Below are positions 9,443 to 18,084 of a DNA stretch of 64,000 nucleotides, one piece after another (position 1 is the first letter of the stretch; every line of letters starts with the position of its first letter). The stretch is from an uncultured Alphaproteobacteria bacterium (GTDB taxonomy: Bacteria > Pseudomonadota > Alphaproteobacteria > HIMB59 > GCA-002718135): contig CACGGX010000004.1 of assembly GCA_902572735.1 (NCBI GenBank), positions 7,743 through 71,742 on the forward strand, written 5' to 3'. The notes below the pieces were generated by a model. The model had not been told where the DNA came from, ran no database searches, and saw only the letters and a program-made list of their open reading frames with translations. The translations under genes and the position numbers were made by a program.

Positions 9443-9447
9443 GAAAA

Positions 9448-9487
9448 TGGGGCAAAACTTCCGCAGTGGAGCGGACTTTATACCCCA
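9448..9487 (+). terminator. GC-rich nested hairpin downstream of 8234-9442 (possible terminator or small structured element)
   Basis: TGGGG (9448-9452) pairs with CCCCA (9483-9487). Inside it, TCCGC (9460-9464) pairs with GCGGA (9471-9475). It is a conspicuous GC island in AT-rich spacer. There is no strong U-tract after the inner stem (only CTTTA). Confidence 0.25.
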
Positions 9488-9546
9488 AATTCATTATATT
9501 GTATCTTTTTCTTTTCTAAAACTATATTCGACCTAGATTATATAAA

Positions 9547-11121
9547 ATGAAAAAGTTTATCTTATTAATTTTGGCAATAATTATCGCAGGTGGAGGTTAC
9601 TACTATTTCTTTGTAAGCAATAATACAGAAGTAGCAACTACCAGCTATGAATATATAAAAATAGAAAAAGGAAATATAAAGAAAACTGTTTCTGCTACAG
9701 GTAAAATTATACCAACATCAACTTTAACATTATCATCCGAAATATCTGGAAAAATTGTTGAGATTAATAAAGACTTTAACGAACAAATTAGCAAAGGTGA
9801 AGTTCTAGCAATCTTTGATCAAAACCCTTTTACTTTAAGCGTAAAAGAATCTCAAACTTCAGTAGACATATCAAAATCTAAGTTAAAACAAAAACAAGCA
9901 AGTCTTGAAAAAGCAAAATCAGAATTAAACAACTCAGTTGCAAATAAGTACGGTGCTGAATCACGATTAGAAGACTCTAATTTATATTTAAGTAAGCTAG
10001 AAGAAAATCTTGAAGAACGAAAAGCTTTATTTGACAAAAAATTTATTTCTAAAAAAGAATTTGATGACACGAATTTTGATTATGAAAGTGCTATTATTCA
10101 AAATGCTACTATAAAATCAGAAATATCATCTTTGGATGCAATTATCAGTTCACGAAAAGCACAAATTGAAATTATTAAAGCAGAAATTGAAGAAGTTGAA
10201 AAAATAATTCAACAATCTGAACTGACATTAGAAAGTGAAAAACTAGACTTAACAAAAACTAAAATAGTATCACCAATAGATGGTTTTATTTTAGATAGAC
10301 ATATCAGTGTTGGTGATGTTCTTGGCGCTTATCAAAAAGACTCTATAATGTTTACTATTGCCGAAACATTATCCAATATGAATATAGAAATATTTATCGA
10401 TGAATCAGATATTGGAAATATTCAATTAGATCAGCTTGTCGAATTTTCTACTGATGCTTTTCCTGATAGAAAATTAAATGCTACTATTAGCCAAATACGT
10501 TATTCACCAATAGATGATCAGAATGTTATCACCTATGAAGTAATTGCCTCTTTTGATAATCCAGAAAATCTTCTTCTACCTGGTATGACTGCTAACGTTG
10601 ATATTATTGTTCAAAATAAAGAAGAAGTTTTAAAAGTAAAAAATTCAGCACTCTCTGTAAAACTCAATCAAAAGCCTAAACAAAATTCAGGTGGAAGCAG
10701 ATGGGGTGGGGGTGGGGCATCTCAAATGCAAGAAATCATGGCTCAAATAAATATGACTGCTGATCAACAAAACAAAATGAGAAGTGTGTATCCTAAATTA
10801 GGTAAAGTAAGAGGCTCTTTAGAAGCTAAAAACTTATCGCCAGAAAAAATAAGAAAAGAAATTCAGCTATATATTGAAAATGCATTAGTTGAATTATTAA
10901 CTGATGAACAAAGAAATAAATATTTCTCCTTAAAAGAATCTTTAAACGTTAAAAAAGTATACAAATTAGTTGATGGTTCTCATGAACAGATTGATTTGGT
11001 TACAGGTCTTAATTCTGGTGGCTACACAGAAATAATAAAAGGTGAGATTCAAGAAGGCGATGAAGTAATTTCTAAGGTTATCGTCGAAACGTCAGAAAAA
11101 AAAGCACTACGTCTATTTTAA
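9547..11121 (+). CDS. macA: MacA-type (HlyD family) periplasmic efflux adaptor with a ~95-aa insertion
   Basis: 524 aa. It has an N-terminal anchor, a lipoyl-like region (GKIVEINKDFNEQISKGEVLAIFD) and long coiled-coil hairpin heptads. It also has the barrel motif IVSPIDGFILDRHISVGDVL and a membrane-proximal end (GLNSGGYTEIIKGEIQEGDEVI). The next two genes are the ABC ATPase and the FtsX-type permease. Confidence 0.8.
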   Translation: MKKFILLILAIIIAGGGYYYFFVSNNTEVATTSYEYIKIEKGNIKKTVSATGKIIPTSTLTLSSEISGKIVEINKDFNEQISKGEVLAIFDQNPFTLSVKESQTSVDISKSKLKQKQASLEKAKSELNNSVANKYGAESRLEDSNLYLSKLEENLEERKALFDKKFISKKEFDDTNFDYESAIIQNATIKSEISSLDAIISSRKAQIEIIKAEIEEVEKIIQQSELTLESEKLDLTKTKIVSPIDGFILDRHISVGDVLGAYQKDSIMFTIAETLSNMNIEIFIDESDIGNIQLDQLVEFSTDAFPDRKLNATISQIRYSPIDDQNVITYEVIASFDNPENLLLPGMTANVDIIVQNKEEVLKVKNSALSVKLNQKPKQNSGGSRWGGGGASQMQEIMAQINMTADQQNKMRSVYPKLGKVRGSLEAKNLSPEKIRKEIQLYIENALVELLTDEQRNKYFSLKESLNVKKVYKLVDGSHEQIDLVTGLNSGGYTEIIKGEIQEGDEVISKVIVETSEKKALRLF

Positions 11122-11122
11122 G

Positions 11123-11806
11123 ATGATTAATATCAATTCTCTCTCAAAAGAATACATCATGGGAGATAACAAGCTATTAGCGCTCGATAATATTGATCTT
11201 TCAATCAATGAAGGTGATTTTGTTAGTATTATGGGTTCATCTGGCTCTGGGAAATCAACCTTAATGAATATTATAGGATGTTTAGATGTGCCATCTAGTG
11301 GGGAATATCATTTTAGAGATAATAATGTATCAACTTTAAATTCAAATAAATTAGCTGAATTACGTAACAAAGACATAGGATTTGTTTTTCAAAATTTTAA
11401 TTTACTACCAAGATTAAACGCACAAGAAAATGTTGTGTTACCACTTTTATATTCTGGTAAAAATTTAAAAGAAAGAAATCAATTAGCAATAGATGCTCTA
11501 GAAAGTGTTGGATTAAAAGATAGAGTTCATCATAGACCTAATCAGTTATCTGGTGGTCAACAACAAAGAGTATCAATTGCAAGAGCAATAGCTGGATCTC
11601 CAAAATTAATCTTAGCAGATGAACCAACAGGAGCTTTAGATAGTAAAACAGGTTTAGAAATTATGAAAATTTTAAATGATCTAAATGCAAAAGGTATCAC
11701 GATTGTTCTTGTTACACATGAAGATGATATAGCTAACTATGGTTCAAGAATTATAAAAATGAAAGATGGTAAAATTTTAGAGGATAAAAAAAATGTCAAT
11801 AACTGA
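11123..11806 (+). CDS. macB: ABC transporter ATP-binding protein (MacB/LolD type)
   Basis: Walker A GSSGSGKST, Q-loop, signature LSGGQQQRVSIARA and Walker B LILADEPTGALD. The start is 1 nt after the adaptor stop. Confidence 0.9.
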   Translation: MININSLSKEYIMGDNKLLALDNIDLSINEGDFVSIMGSSGSGKSTLMNIIGCLDVPSSGEYHFRDNNVSTLNSNKLAELRNKDIGFVFQNFNLLPRLNAQENVVLPLLYSGKNLKERNQLAIDALESVGLKDRVHHRPNQLSGGQQQRVSIARAIAGSPKLILADEPTGALDSKTGLEIMKILNDLNAKGITIVLVTHEDDIANYGSRIIKMKDGKILEDKKNVNN

Positions 11807-13019
11807 TCTTATATATCTCTCACAAAAAAGTTTACGCTCAAACATCTTAAGAAGTATTTTAACTTCTCTTGGTATCATTATTGGTGTGAGTTCAGTTATT
11901 ACTATGATCTCAATTGGTTCAGGAGCAAGAATTGAAGTTGAGCAACAAATAGAACGATTTGGATCGAACAACTTAATTGTTAGATCACAGAGTTCTTCTA
12001 ATAGAGGTGTATCGATGGGTGCTAATTCAGTTAACACGTTAACTTTAAAAGATATGGAAGCTCTTAAAGAAGAATTACCAGCAATAAAAGCTATCGCACC
12101 AAGAGTAAGTTTAAGTACACAAATTGTTGCTAACGGAAATAACTGGCTTGCTACTGTTACAGGAACAACAAATGATTATTTTGATTTAGGAAACTGGAAA
12201 TTTGAAAATGGAAGAAGTTTTGAAGAAGAGGAGCTAGCTTCAGGTTCAAGAGTTGCCATTATAGGAAAAACAGTTCAAAAAAATTTATTTGATACTGATA
12301 GTCCTATTGATGAAGTAATACGAATTAATAAAGTTCCTTTTACTGTTATTGGATTGTTAGATGCAAAAGGTGGAACAGCGTGGGCAGATTTAGATGATAC
12401 AGTTATAGTACCATTAAAAACTGCTAAACAACGATTAGTAGCAAAAAAATTTCCAGGCGATCAAATTCGCAGCATGACCATTAATGTAAGATCTTCTGAT
12501 TTACTTTTTAAAACGGAAAAAGATGTTGATACAGTTATGCGAAAACTTCATAAAATTTCAGCTAATGGTAATCCTGACTTTGTAATTCGAAACTACGCAC
12601 AATTCTTAAATGCCAGACAAGAGTCTTCAAGAGTAATGTCTATACTTCTTGCAACTGTTGCAGGTATTTCTCTAATAGTAGGGGGCATAGGTATTATGAA
12701 CATTATGCTTGTTACGGTTACAGAGAGAACAAAAGAAATTGGTGTTTGTATGTCTGTTGGCGCAAAAAAACGAGATATACTCCTTCAATTCTTAATTGAA
12801 TCATTAATGATATCTCTCATAGGAGGTCTCATAGGAATTGCATTAGGTTTAGGGGTAATATACGGTGTCAGTGAATATTTTAAATGGAAAATGAGTCTTG
12901 ATTATATGTCTATCGTACTCTCTTTTGTTTTTTCATCGTCAATTGGAATTATATTTGGATTTTATCCAGCAAGAAAAGCGGCAAACCTCAATCCTATTGA
13001 TGCATTAAGATACGAATAA
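11793..13019 (+). CDS. ABC transporter permease with MacB-type periplasmic domain and FtsX fold
   Basis: 408 aa. One N-terminal TM, a ~230-aa periplasmic domain, then three C-terminal TMs including the FtsX-family TERTKEIG motif. Overlaps the ATPase gene by 14 nt. Confidence 0.9.
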   Translation: MSITDLIYLSQKSLRSNILRSILTSLGIIIGVSSVITMISIGSGARIEVEQQIERFGSNNLIVRSQSSSNRGVSMGANSVNTLTLKDMEALKEELPAIKAIAPRVSLSTQIVANGNNWLATVTGTTNDYFDLGNWKFENGRSFEEEELASGSRVAIIGKTVQKNLFDTDSPIDEVIRINKVPFTVIGLLDAKGGTAWADLDDTVIVPLKTAKQRLVAKKFPGDQIRSMTINVRSSDLLFKTEKDVDTVMRKLHKISANGNPDFVIRNYAQFLNARQESSRVMSILLATVAGISLIVGGIGIMNIMLVTVTERTKEIGVCMSVGAKKRDILLQFLIESLMISLIGGLIGIALGLGVIYGVSEYFKWKMSLDYMSIVLSFVFSSSIGIIFGFYPARKAANLNPIDALRYE

Positions 13020-13020
13020 A

Positions 13021-13050
13021 ATTGAGGGCAAAATAATTATTACCCTCAAT
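13021..13050. terminator. Hairpin between convergent genes (candidate bidirectional terminator)
   Basis: ATTGAGGG (13021-13028) and CCCTCAAT (13043-13050) form an 8-bp stem with a 14-nt AT loop. It is flanked by A/T runs and lies between the 13019 stop (+) and the 13061 stop (-). Confidence 0.5.
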
Positions 13051-13060
13051 AAAATAAAAT

Positions 13061-13330
13061 CTACTCAACTAAAAAAACTAATTCCTGGCTATCTAAATCA
13101 ACACCAGCATCAGTTCTAAGTTTTGCTAATTCTGGGTCTTGCATTGCTGCTTGCATTTTTTCCATCGATTCAATCTCTAAAACTTGATAAATTTTAGTTT
13201 CATCATCTTTAGGGTGGCCATATGCTAAAACTTTTATTCCATATTTTTCTCTATGAGTATCAACACTGAGAAAAAGATTTTTCCATTTTTCATAACCTTC
13301 TTTTAATTTAACATTCATGATTATTTTCAT
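13061..13330 (-). CDS. Small hypothetical protein (alpha/beta-barrel-like, 89 aa)
   Basis: Intact ORF with no overlap, in a run of small cytoplasmic proteins. No diagnostic motif recognised. Confidence 0.45.
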   Translation of the reverse strand: MKIIMNVKLKEGYEKWKNLFLSVDTHREKYGIKVLAYGHPKDDETKIYQVLEIESMEKMQAAMQDPELAKLRTDAGVDLDSQELVFLVE

Positions 13331-13362
13331 AGTACGTCCTTTTTCTATTACTTTTAGCTTTT

Positions 13363-13686
13363 TTAATTTGCTTCTATAATTACTAAATTTCTCACAACAA
13401 CATCTTCTTTATTGTCACCTAAACATGCTAAAGCTTCTTGATATCGAGGATCATTGTAACCATCTATTGCGTCTTGTACGCTATTAAATTCAACAACTGC
13501 TGAATATAATAAATCAAAATTCTTTTGAATATAGAACTTTGGTTCGCTGCTAGCAGTAGGAACAAAATTTCCTGATTTCTTCTCTGCCTCCTCAGCAACA
13601 ATATTCATAAATTTCTCTAAATATTGTCCCCATTTTTCTTCATTTTTAATTTCTTTTACTTGTCCAACCCAATATCCTTTTTTCAT
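13363..13686 (-). CDS. DUF1330-family protein
   Basis: 107 aa. The N-terminus MKKGYWVGQVKEIKNEEKWGQY and overall length match the DUF1330 pattern (M.KGY.i..v.v.d.e....Y). A GGAGG Shine-Dalgarno sequence lies upstream on the minus strand (13691-13695). Confidence 0.6.
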   Translation of the reverse strand: MKKGYWVGQVKEIKNEEKWGQYLEKFMNIVAEEAEKKSGNFVPTASSEPKFYIQKNFDLLYSAVVEFNSVQDAIDGYNDPRYQEALACLGDNKEDVVVRNLVIIEAN

Positions 13687-13710
13687 AAATCCTCCTTAAA
13701 TTAAGTTTAA

Positions 13711-14031
13711 TTACATTTCTGTAGCGCCAGTCTCAGTTCTCCATATTAATCCATCTTTTTTTAATGAAACCATCATTAATGCCTCTTTATCTCCAGATGC
13801 ATAGGTATTAAAACGATGTGTAACTAAAATTTCATCATTTTCATAAATACAACGAACTTTATCTTCAGTAATATTATTAAACATTTCTAAAGTTTGCTCC
13901 TCGCTTCCTTCACTTTTTTTAAAAACTTTATTTTGCTTATGGCTAATAAATTCATGATCTTCATGGAAAAGAGCTCTGTGAGCTTTTGCATCTTTTTCTT
14001 CAAATGCTTTTTGTAATTTTTCAAATAACAT
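13711..14031 (-). CDS. Small NTF2/SnoaL-like hypothetical protein
   Basis: 106 aa. The helix-then-beta-sheet pattern (LFEKLQKAFEEKDAKAHRALFHEDHEF...) is compatible with the SnoaL-like fold. This assignment is weak. Confidence 0.4.
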   Translation of the reverse strand: MLFEKLQKAFEEKDAKAHRALFHEDHEFISHKQNKVFKKSEGSEEQTLEMFNNITEDKVRCIYENDEILVTHRFNTYASGDKEALMMVSLKKDGLIWRTETGATEM

Positions 14032-14265
14032 ACATCTCCTTTTGCTTTTTAAAACCTAAGATTAAAATTTTACAATTTTATGAATATTCTATTATTGAAT
14101 AATAATTAAGTTAAGTAAAAATAATATTATTAATAAAAAATAATAAATATTGACGAATAGTTATTCAAACCTTTTAGGTTTATTAATAAAAAGATTGTTG
14201 ATCTTCATAAATTTTTAATAAAAATTCTATCATAATTTATAATTAAATTGAAAGGAGGATGTTAA

Positions 14266-14583
14266 ATGTCAATTTTTGTATCACTTGGTATTTATTCCCA
14301 AAAAGGTGCAGATGGTATCATTAATGGAGACTCAGACAGAAAAGCAGCTATGGAAAAAATGGTTAGCAGTGTTGGAGGTAAATTAATTGATTATCATATA
14401 ACAAGAGGTCAGTATGATTTTGTCATGATAGCAGAGGCAGAGTCATTTGAAAGTATGGCTGCATGTGCTTTAAAAGCAAAAGCAGCAGGCACTCTTACAG
14501 AAGCAGTAACTTTAGAGTCAGTTGATTTAAACAAAGTAAGAGAAATGGGAAATAAAGTAGATTTTTCTCCTCCTACTTCTTAA
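14266..14583 (+). CDS. GYD domain protein
   Basis: 105 aa. N-terminus MSIFVSLGIYSQKGADGI followed by GQYDFVMIAEA, the GYD-family core. A strong Shine-Dalgarno sequence (AGGAGGA) ends 7 nt upstream of the start. Confidence 0.65.
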   Translation: MSIFVSLGIYSQKGADGIINGDSDRKAAMEKMVSSVGGKLIDYHITRGQYDFVMIAEAESFESMAACALKAKAAGTLTEAVTLESVDLNKVREMGNKVDFSPPTS

Positions 14584-14588
14584 TTAAC

Positions 14589-14613
14589 AAAGCACTCTTT
14601 TCTAGAGTGCTTT
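14589..14613. terminator. Rho-independent-type terminator hairpin between convergent genes
   Basis: AAAGCACTCT (14589-14598) and AGAGTGCTTT (14604-14613) form a 10-bp perfect stem with a 5-nt loop, followed by TTTATT. It lies between the 14583 stop (+) and the 14629 stop (-). Confidence 0.65.
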
Positions 14614-14628
14614 ATTAAAATACAAACT

Positions 14629-15630
14629 TTAGAACGGTATATTTTTCTGAGGCCACCCAGAATTTCTACATTTCGTATCTTTATTAGGTGCGGTTTCACA
14701 TAAGATTATAGCATGAGCAAAATGTGCTTGAGAATTATTCAATAACTGATCTGTCAGTTCATCACATCCAGACCAAAGGTCATCACATTTATTAGATTTT
14801 CCAATATTTGCATATTTCACATTTAGATCAGGGATATCTATATTTTCTGACGTAGCATCATCCATATAGTTTCGATAAGGACCAAACTTCATACGTATTT
14901 TATCTGCGCCTGCTAAAGTTTGACCATAGTAACTTGATACCAGTTTCCCATCAATCCATAAATGCAAGAAGCCATCATCTGCCCACTTAGCATTTATTAT
15001 TAAATTTACCCACTTACCTTTTAAGGAAATTTCATTTTGATTAAGATCAAGTGAGAAGGTATTGTAATAATTCTGCCGGCCAGCTTCATTGTTTTCTGTA
15101 AAAAATTTTTCTGAATTAAATGTCCATGAAAACCTATTATTTGAATAATTAAAAGTAGGACCTACACCTACTTCTGATTTACCTTTAATAGGCTTAAAAT
15201 CAAAAATACTTAGATTATGTTTTTTGCTAAAATATGATCCATCTAAAAAATATTCTACGCGGTACCATTTAGTTTGGTTTTTTTTGGCAACTTTTTTAAG
15301 TGGTTCCATTATCTGAAAGCGTTGAGCGTGACCGGGATTACCCCATCTTTCCCAATCCAATTTATGACCTTCATCTGAATATTTAACATTAAATTCTACA
15401 CCTTTTTCTTTGACACCAAATCTATCTTCAAATTCATCAAAAAAAGAAACTAGCCCCTTTTTCTCTTTGATATTTCTTATTGTGAAAACCATATTACCTA
15501 CTAATTCACCTCTCAAAACATATTGATCATAATTTTTCTTTTCTTTATTTTTCATTTTGTCTTCGAATTTATTTCCAAAAGATAAAGAGGGTAGTGATAC
15601 GATTAATAAAAAAATTAGAATGTATTTCAT
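14629..15630 (-). CDS. Secreted concanavalin-like jelly-roll protein (polysaccharide-lyase-like fold), paralog of 8234-9442
   Basis: 333 aa with a signal peptide (LIFLLIVSLPSLSFG). Contains GKWVNLIINAKWADDGFLHLWIDGKLVSSYYGQTL...KFGPYRN, the same signature as 8234-9442. The Cys-rich C-terminus may form disulfides. Confidence 0.5.
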   Translation of the reverse strand: MKYILIFLLIVSLPSLSFGNKFEDKMKNKEKKNYDQYVLRGELVGNMVFTIRNIKEKKGLVSFFDEFEDRFGVKEKGVEFNVKYSDEGHKLDWERWGNPGHAQRFQIMEPLKKVAKKNQTKWYRVEYFLDGSYFSKKHNLSIFDFKPIKGKSEVGVGPTFNYSNNRFSWTFNSEKFFTENNEAGRQNYYNTFSLDLNQNEISLKGKWVNLIINAKWADDGFLHLWIDGKLVSSYYGQTLAGADKIRMKFGPYRNYMDDATSENIDIPDLNVKYANIGKSNKCDDLWSGCDELTDQLLNNSQAHFAHAIILCETAPNKDTKCRNSGWPQKNIPF

Positions 15631-16016
15631 GAGAATTTTTCCTTTCTAATATAGCCAACATTAGTTGTTTTAAAGTGTTTGAAAGGAACATTAAGATCCT
15701 CAATGGCTTTAATCGTTTCATCTGTAATATTACCATAAACTTCTATTTCAAATTTATCGGCTATTTCTTGATGTTTTTCTACATATGCTACAACAGGAGG
15801 ATTATTAATGTGGTGAACCATTGCTTCACTGGTACGATAAACTTCACTCCAGGTAAATTCTAGGGGATCTGTTGGATCTTGATCAAAAGTATGGATCAGC
15901 ATATCTGGTTCTGATGAATTAACGGCGTCATCAGCTTCTTTTGCTATCTTGAGATACTCTTCAACCTTACCTTCTTTTACACGTATTCTTGCTATTAAAA
16001 TAAAAGGGTTAGACAT
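15627..16016 (-). CDS. ABM-domain (antibiotic biosynthesis monooxygenase-like) protein
   Basis: 129 aa. FILIARIRVKEGKVEEYLKIAKE...W.EVYRTSEAMVHH matches the ferredoxin-like ABM pattern. Its stop overlaps the start of the downstream secreted protein (ATGA). Confidence 0.55.
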   Translation of the reverse strand: MSNPFILIARIRVKEGKVEEYLKIAKEADDAVNSSEPDMLIHTFDQDPTDPLEFTWSEVYRTSEAMVHHINNPPVVAYVEKHQEIADKFEIEVYGNITDETIKAIEDLNVPFKHFKTTNVGYIRKEKFS

Positions 16017-16056
16017 AATTTAATAATAATAGGTTTTAATTATGTTTTAAATAGAT

Positions 16057-16806
16057 TTATTGAATTCTATAAGATGCTTCTTTCAAAAAGTTTTCTTCAG
16101 GTATCTTAGTTTTTTTCTCATTCTTTCTTAATTCTATAAGACAGTGGTCAATGAGATCAATTTTAGAATTTAAAAATTTAATATTTTGCGGAATAGGGAT
16201 GTGAATTGGGTATCCCTTGATAAACTCTACATGTAAGTCGTATCCACCCATATAAAATTCTTTTAAGATTTTCCCTTTATTTAAGAGATAATTATTCGAT
16301 GATTCATGAATAATGGCACTTGCTTTGGAATTATTTCTTTCCAGAGATTCAAATAAAGTATTATTTTTTATAATTTCCATTGTGTAGGGGTAGAGTTCTA
16401 ATTTTTTCATATCACTAAAGGATAATTCTTTATCAAAAGGTGTTAATTGTAATGTTTCTAACCTTACGTAATTTATAATTGCTGGTGTATCATCAAAGAG
16501 AGCTGCGTAAAGACTTACAACAATCCTCGTTCCTGTAAAATCAACTGTTGTAAGCTCATAGCCACATAAACTTACTTCATCTTGTTCATCAAAAACAACT
16601 AAAGGATCAAAATAAAATGTTCTTTTCGGATATTCTTGTGCTTCTGTAATAATGAGTTTGTCACTCCCTTGATCAAGGGGAAGTTCTTTTTTAATAAATT
16701 CTTTCGAACTTAATAATTGATCCCCTTTAGCAGCACCAGCTAGAAGGAGAACAATAATAAGGAGGGAGAATAGAAAAATTATAATTCTTTTGATAACTGG
16801 TGCCAC
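16057..16806 (-). CDS. Hypothetical membrane-anchored or secreted protein
   Basis: 249 aa with an N-terminal hydrophobic segment (IIIFLFSLLIIVLLLAGAA). No known motif. Confidence 0.45.
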   Translation of the reverse strand: MAPVIKRIIIFLFSLLIIVLLLAGAAKGDQLLSSKEFIKKELPLDQGSDKLIITEAQEYPKRTFYFDPLVVFDEQDEVSLCGYELTTVDFTGTRIVVSLYAALFDDTPAIINYVRLETLQLTPFDKELSFSDMKKLELYPYTMEIIKNNTLFESLERNNSKASAIIHESSNNYLLNKGKILKEFYMGGYDLHVEFIKGYPIHIPIPQNIKFLNSKIDLIDHCLIELRKNEKKTKIPEENFLKEASYRIQ

Positions 16807-16916
16807 TAAAACTTCTATAAAAATAAATTTTGATAAAAATGAGAAATCAATAAGGTAATATTAAGAACAAATCTTAATCCAAACACAATTATAATAAAAA
16901 TAAGTTTTATAAATTT

Positions 16917-17228
16917 ATGTTCAAAAAATTTATGTATATTATTTTATTTTCACCTTTAATATTTGGATTAATTTGTTTGATGATACCAATATCATTTCAT
17001 CTTTCATATGAAGAACCAATCTTTAGAAATGCAGTAGAATATTGCAAAGATAAAGATAATATAATCACCAGTGATAGAGGGACACTGCAAGATCAATGCA
17101 TTGATAAATACATGTACACACCTTGGCTTGGAGAATTATTTCTCACTTTTATAGCTTTGATATGTTTTATATTTTACATTCCTATTTTTATTTTTTATTT
17201 TTTTAAAAAAATAAGATTAATTTATTAA
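16917..17228 (+). CDS. Hypothetical small membrane protein (2 TM)
   Basis: 103 aa. Two hydrophobic helices flank a Cys-containing loop (EYCKDKDN...DQCIDKY). Confidence 0.35.
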   Translation: MFKKFMYIILFSPLIFGLICLMIPISFHLSYEEPIFRNAVEYCKDKDNIITSDRGTLQDQCIDKYMYTPWLGELFLTFIALICFIFYIPIFIFYFFKKIRLIY

Positions 17229-17229
17229 A

Positions 17230-18072
17230 TTAATATTTAGGGCTTACACCGTAAATATTTGTATCTTTTTCTCCATCGATACAATGCCATATGAGTAAAA
17301 TTATTGAACCAGCAATTGGTATAAATGAAATTAAAACCCACCAACCAGTTCGACCTATATCATGAAGACGTCGCACAGAAACAGTCAAACTAGGTATAAC
17401 AATAAATAAATAAAAAATATTCGCAAAGATACTTTCATCAACATTGAATTGACCTGTAAGACCCGAATAAAGACCTTCTATAAATGCTAGCAGTACAGAA
17501 CCTACAATAATAAAAAGAAAAAAATACCAATATTCTGATCTTCTAGCTCTTCCTTTAAAGTCAAAATATTTAGATAAACAAATTTTTATTGCTTTAAAAA
17601 ATCCTACTTTTTTATGATGTCTGGCTTGATACACAGGTGGTTCTGTATTTTGCTGATTATTATCCTCATTAGAATTAACATTTATCTCAGGTTCAGATAA
17701 TTTTTCTTCAGAAAATTCAATTTTTTCTTTTTTACTAATTTCACTTTTAGTTGAGAGGACAGAAGAATTATATTGTATATTATCTTCATCATTATTATCA
17801 ATTACTTCATCAGAAATAGTTTCTGATACCTCTTCTATATTTGATACATTTTCCTGAATTATTGGTTCTTCTTTTATTTTTTCTTTTTGAGGTTCCTTTA
17901 CTTCTACAAACTCAGAAAATATTTCTATTTCCCTAGCCTTTTTCCATTCACCTCGTATACTTGTTTTAACCATTGTATCAGGTGTAATCGAACCTCTTTT
18001 AAAAAGATCTATAGCTATCTGATCATTACGAATAACATTTTCAGTACCATTACTATCAATAAAAATTATCAT
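17230..18072 (-). CDS. GYF_2 (DUF4339)-like N-terminal domain, acidic linker, then a DUF805 membrane domain
   Basis: 280 aa. The C-terminus GRARRSEYWYFFLF...SVRRLHDIGRTGWWVLISFIPIAGSIILLIWHCIDGEKDTNIYG is the classic DUF805 (YhaH-like) signature. The N-terminus (DSNGTENVIRNDQIAIDLFKRGSITPDTMVKTSIRGEWKKAREI) looks like the bacterial GYF_2 domain. Confidence 0.7.
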   Translation of the reverse strand: MIIFIDSNGTENVIRNDQIAIDLFKRGSITPDTMVKTSIRGEWKKAREIEIFSEFVEVKEPQKEKIKEEPIIQENVSNIEEVSETISDEVIDNNDEDNIQYNSSVLSTKSEISKKEKIEFSEEKLSEPEINVNSNEDNNQQNTEPPVYQARHHKKVGFFKAIKICLSKYFDFKGRARRSEYWYFFLFIIVGSVLLAFIEGLYSGLTGQFNVDESIFANIFYLFIVIPSLTVSVRRLHDIGRTGWWVLISFIPIAGSIILLIWHCIDGEKDTNIYGVSPKY

Positions 18073-18084
18073 TAATGCTTAAGA

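Noticed and set aside
11123-13019. The MacAB-type pump as part of a secretion or defence system linked to the nearby secreted proteins
   Set aside because: The adaptor/ATPase/FtsX-permease trio is a standard, self-contained efflux or lipoprotein-release-type module. There is no outer-membrane factor or cargo gene in the operon, so no specific link can be supported.
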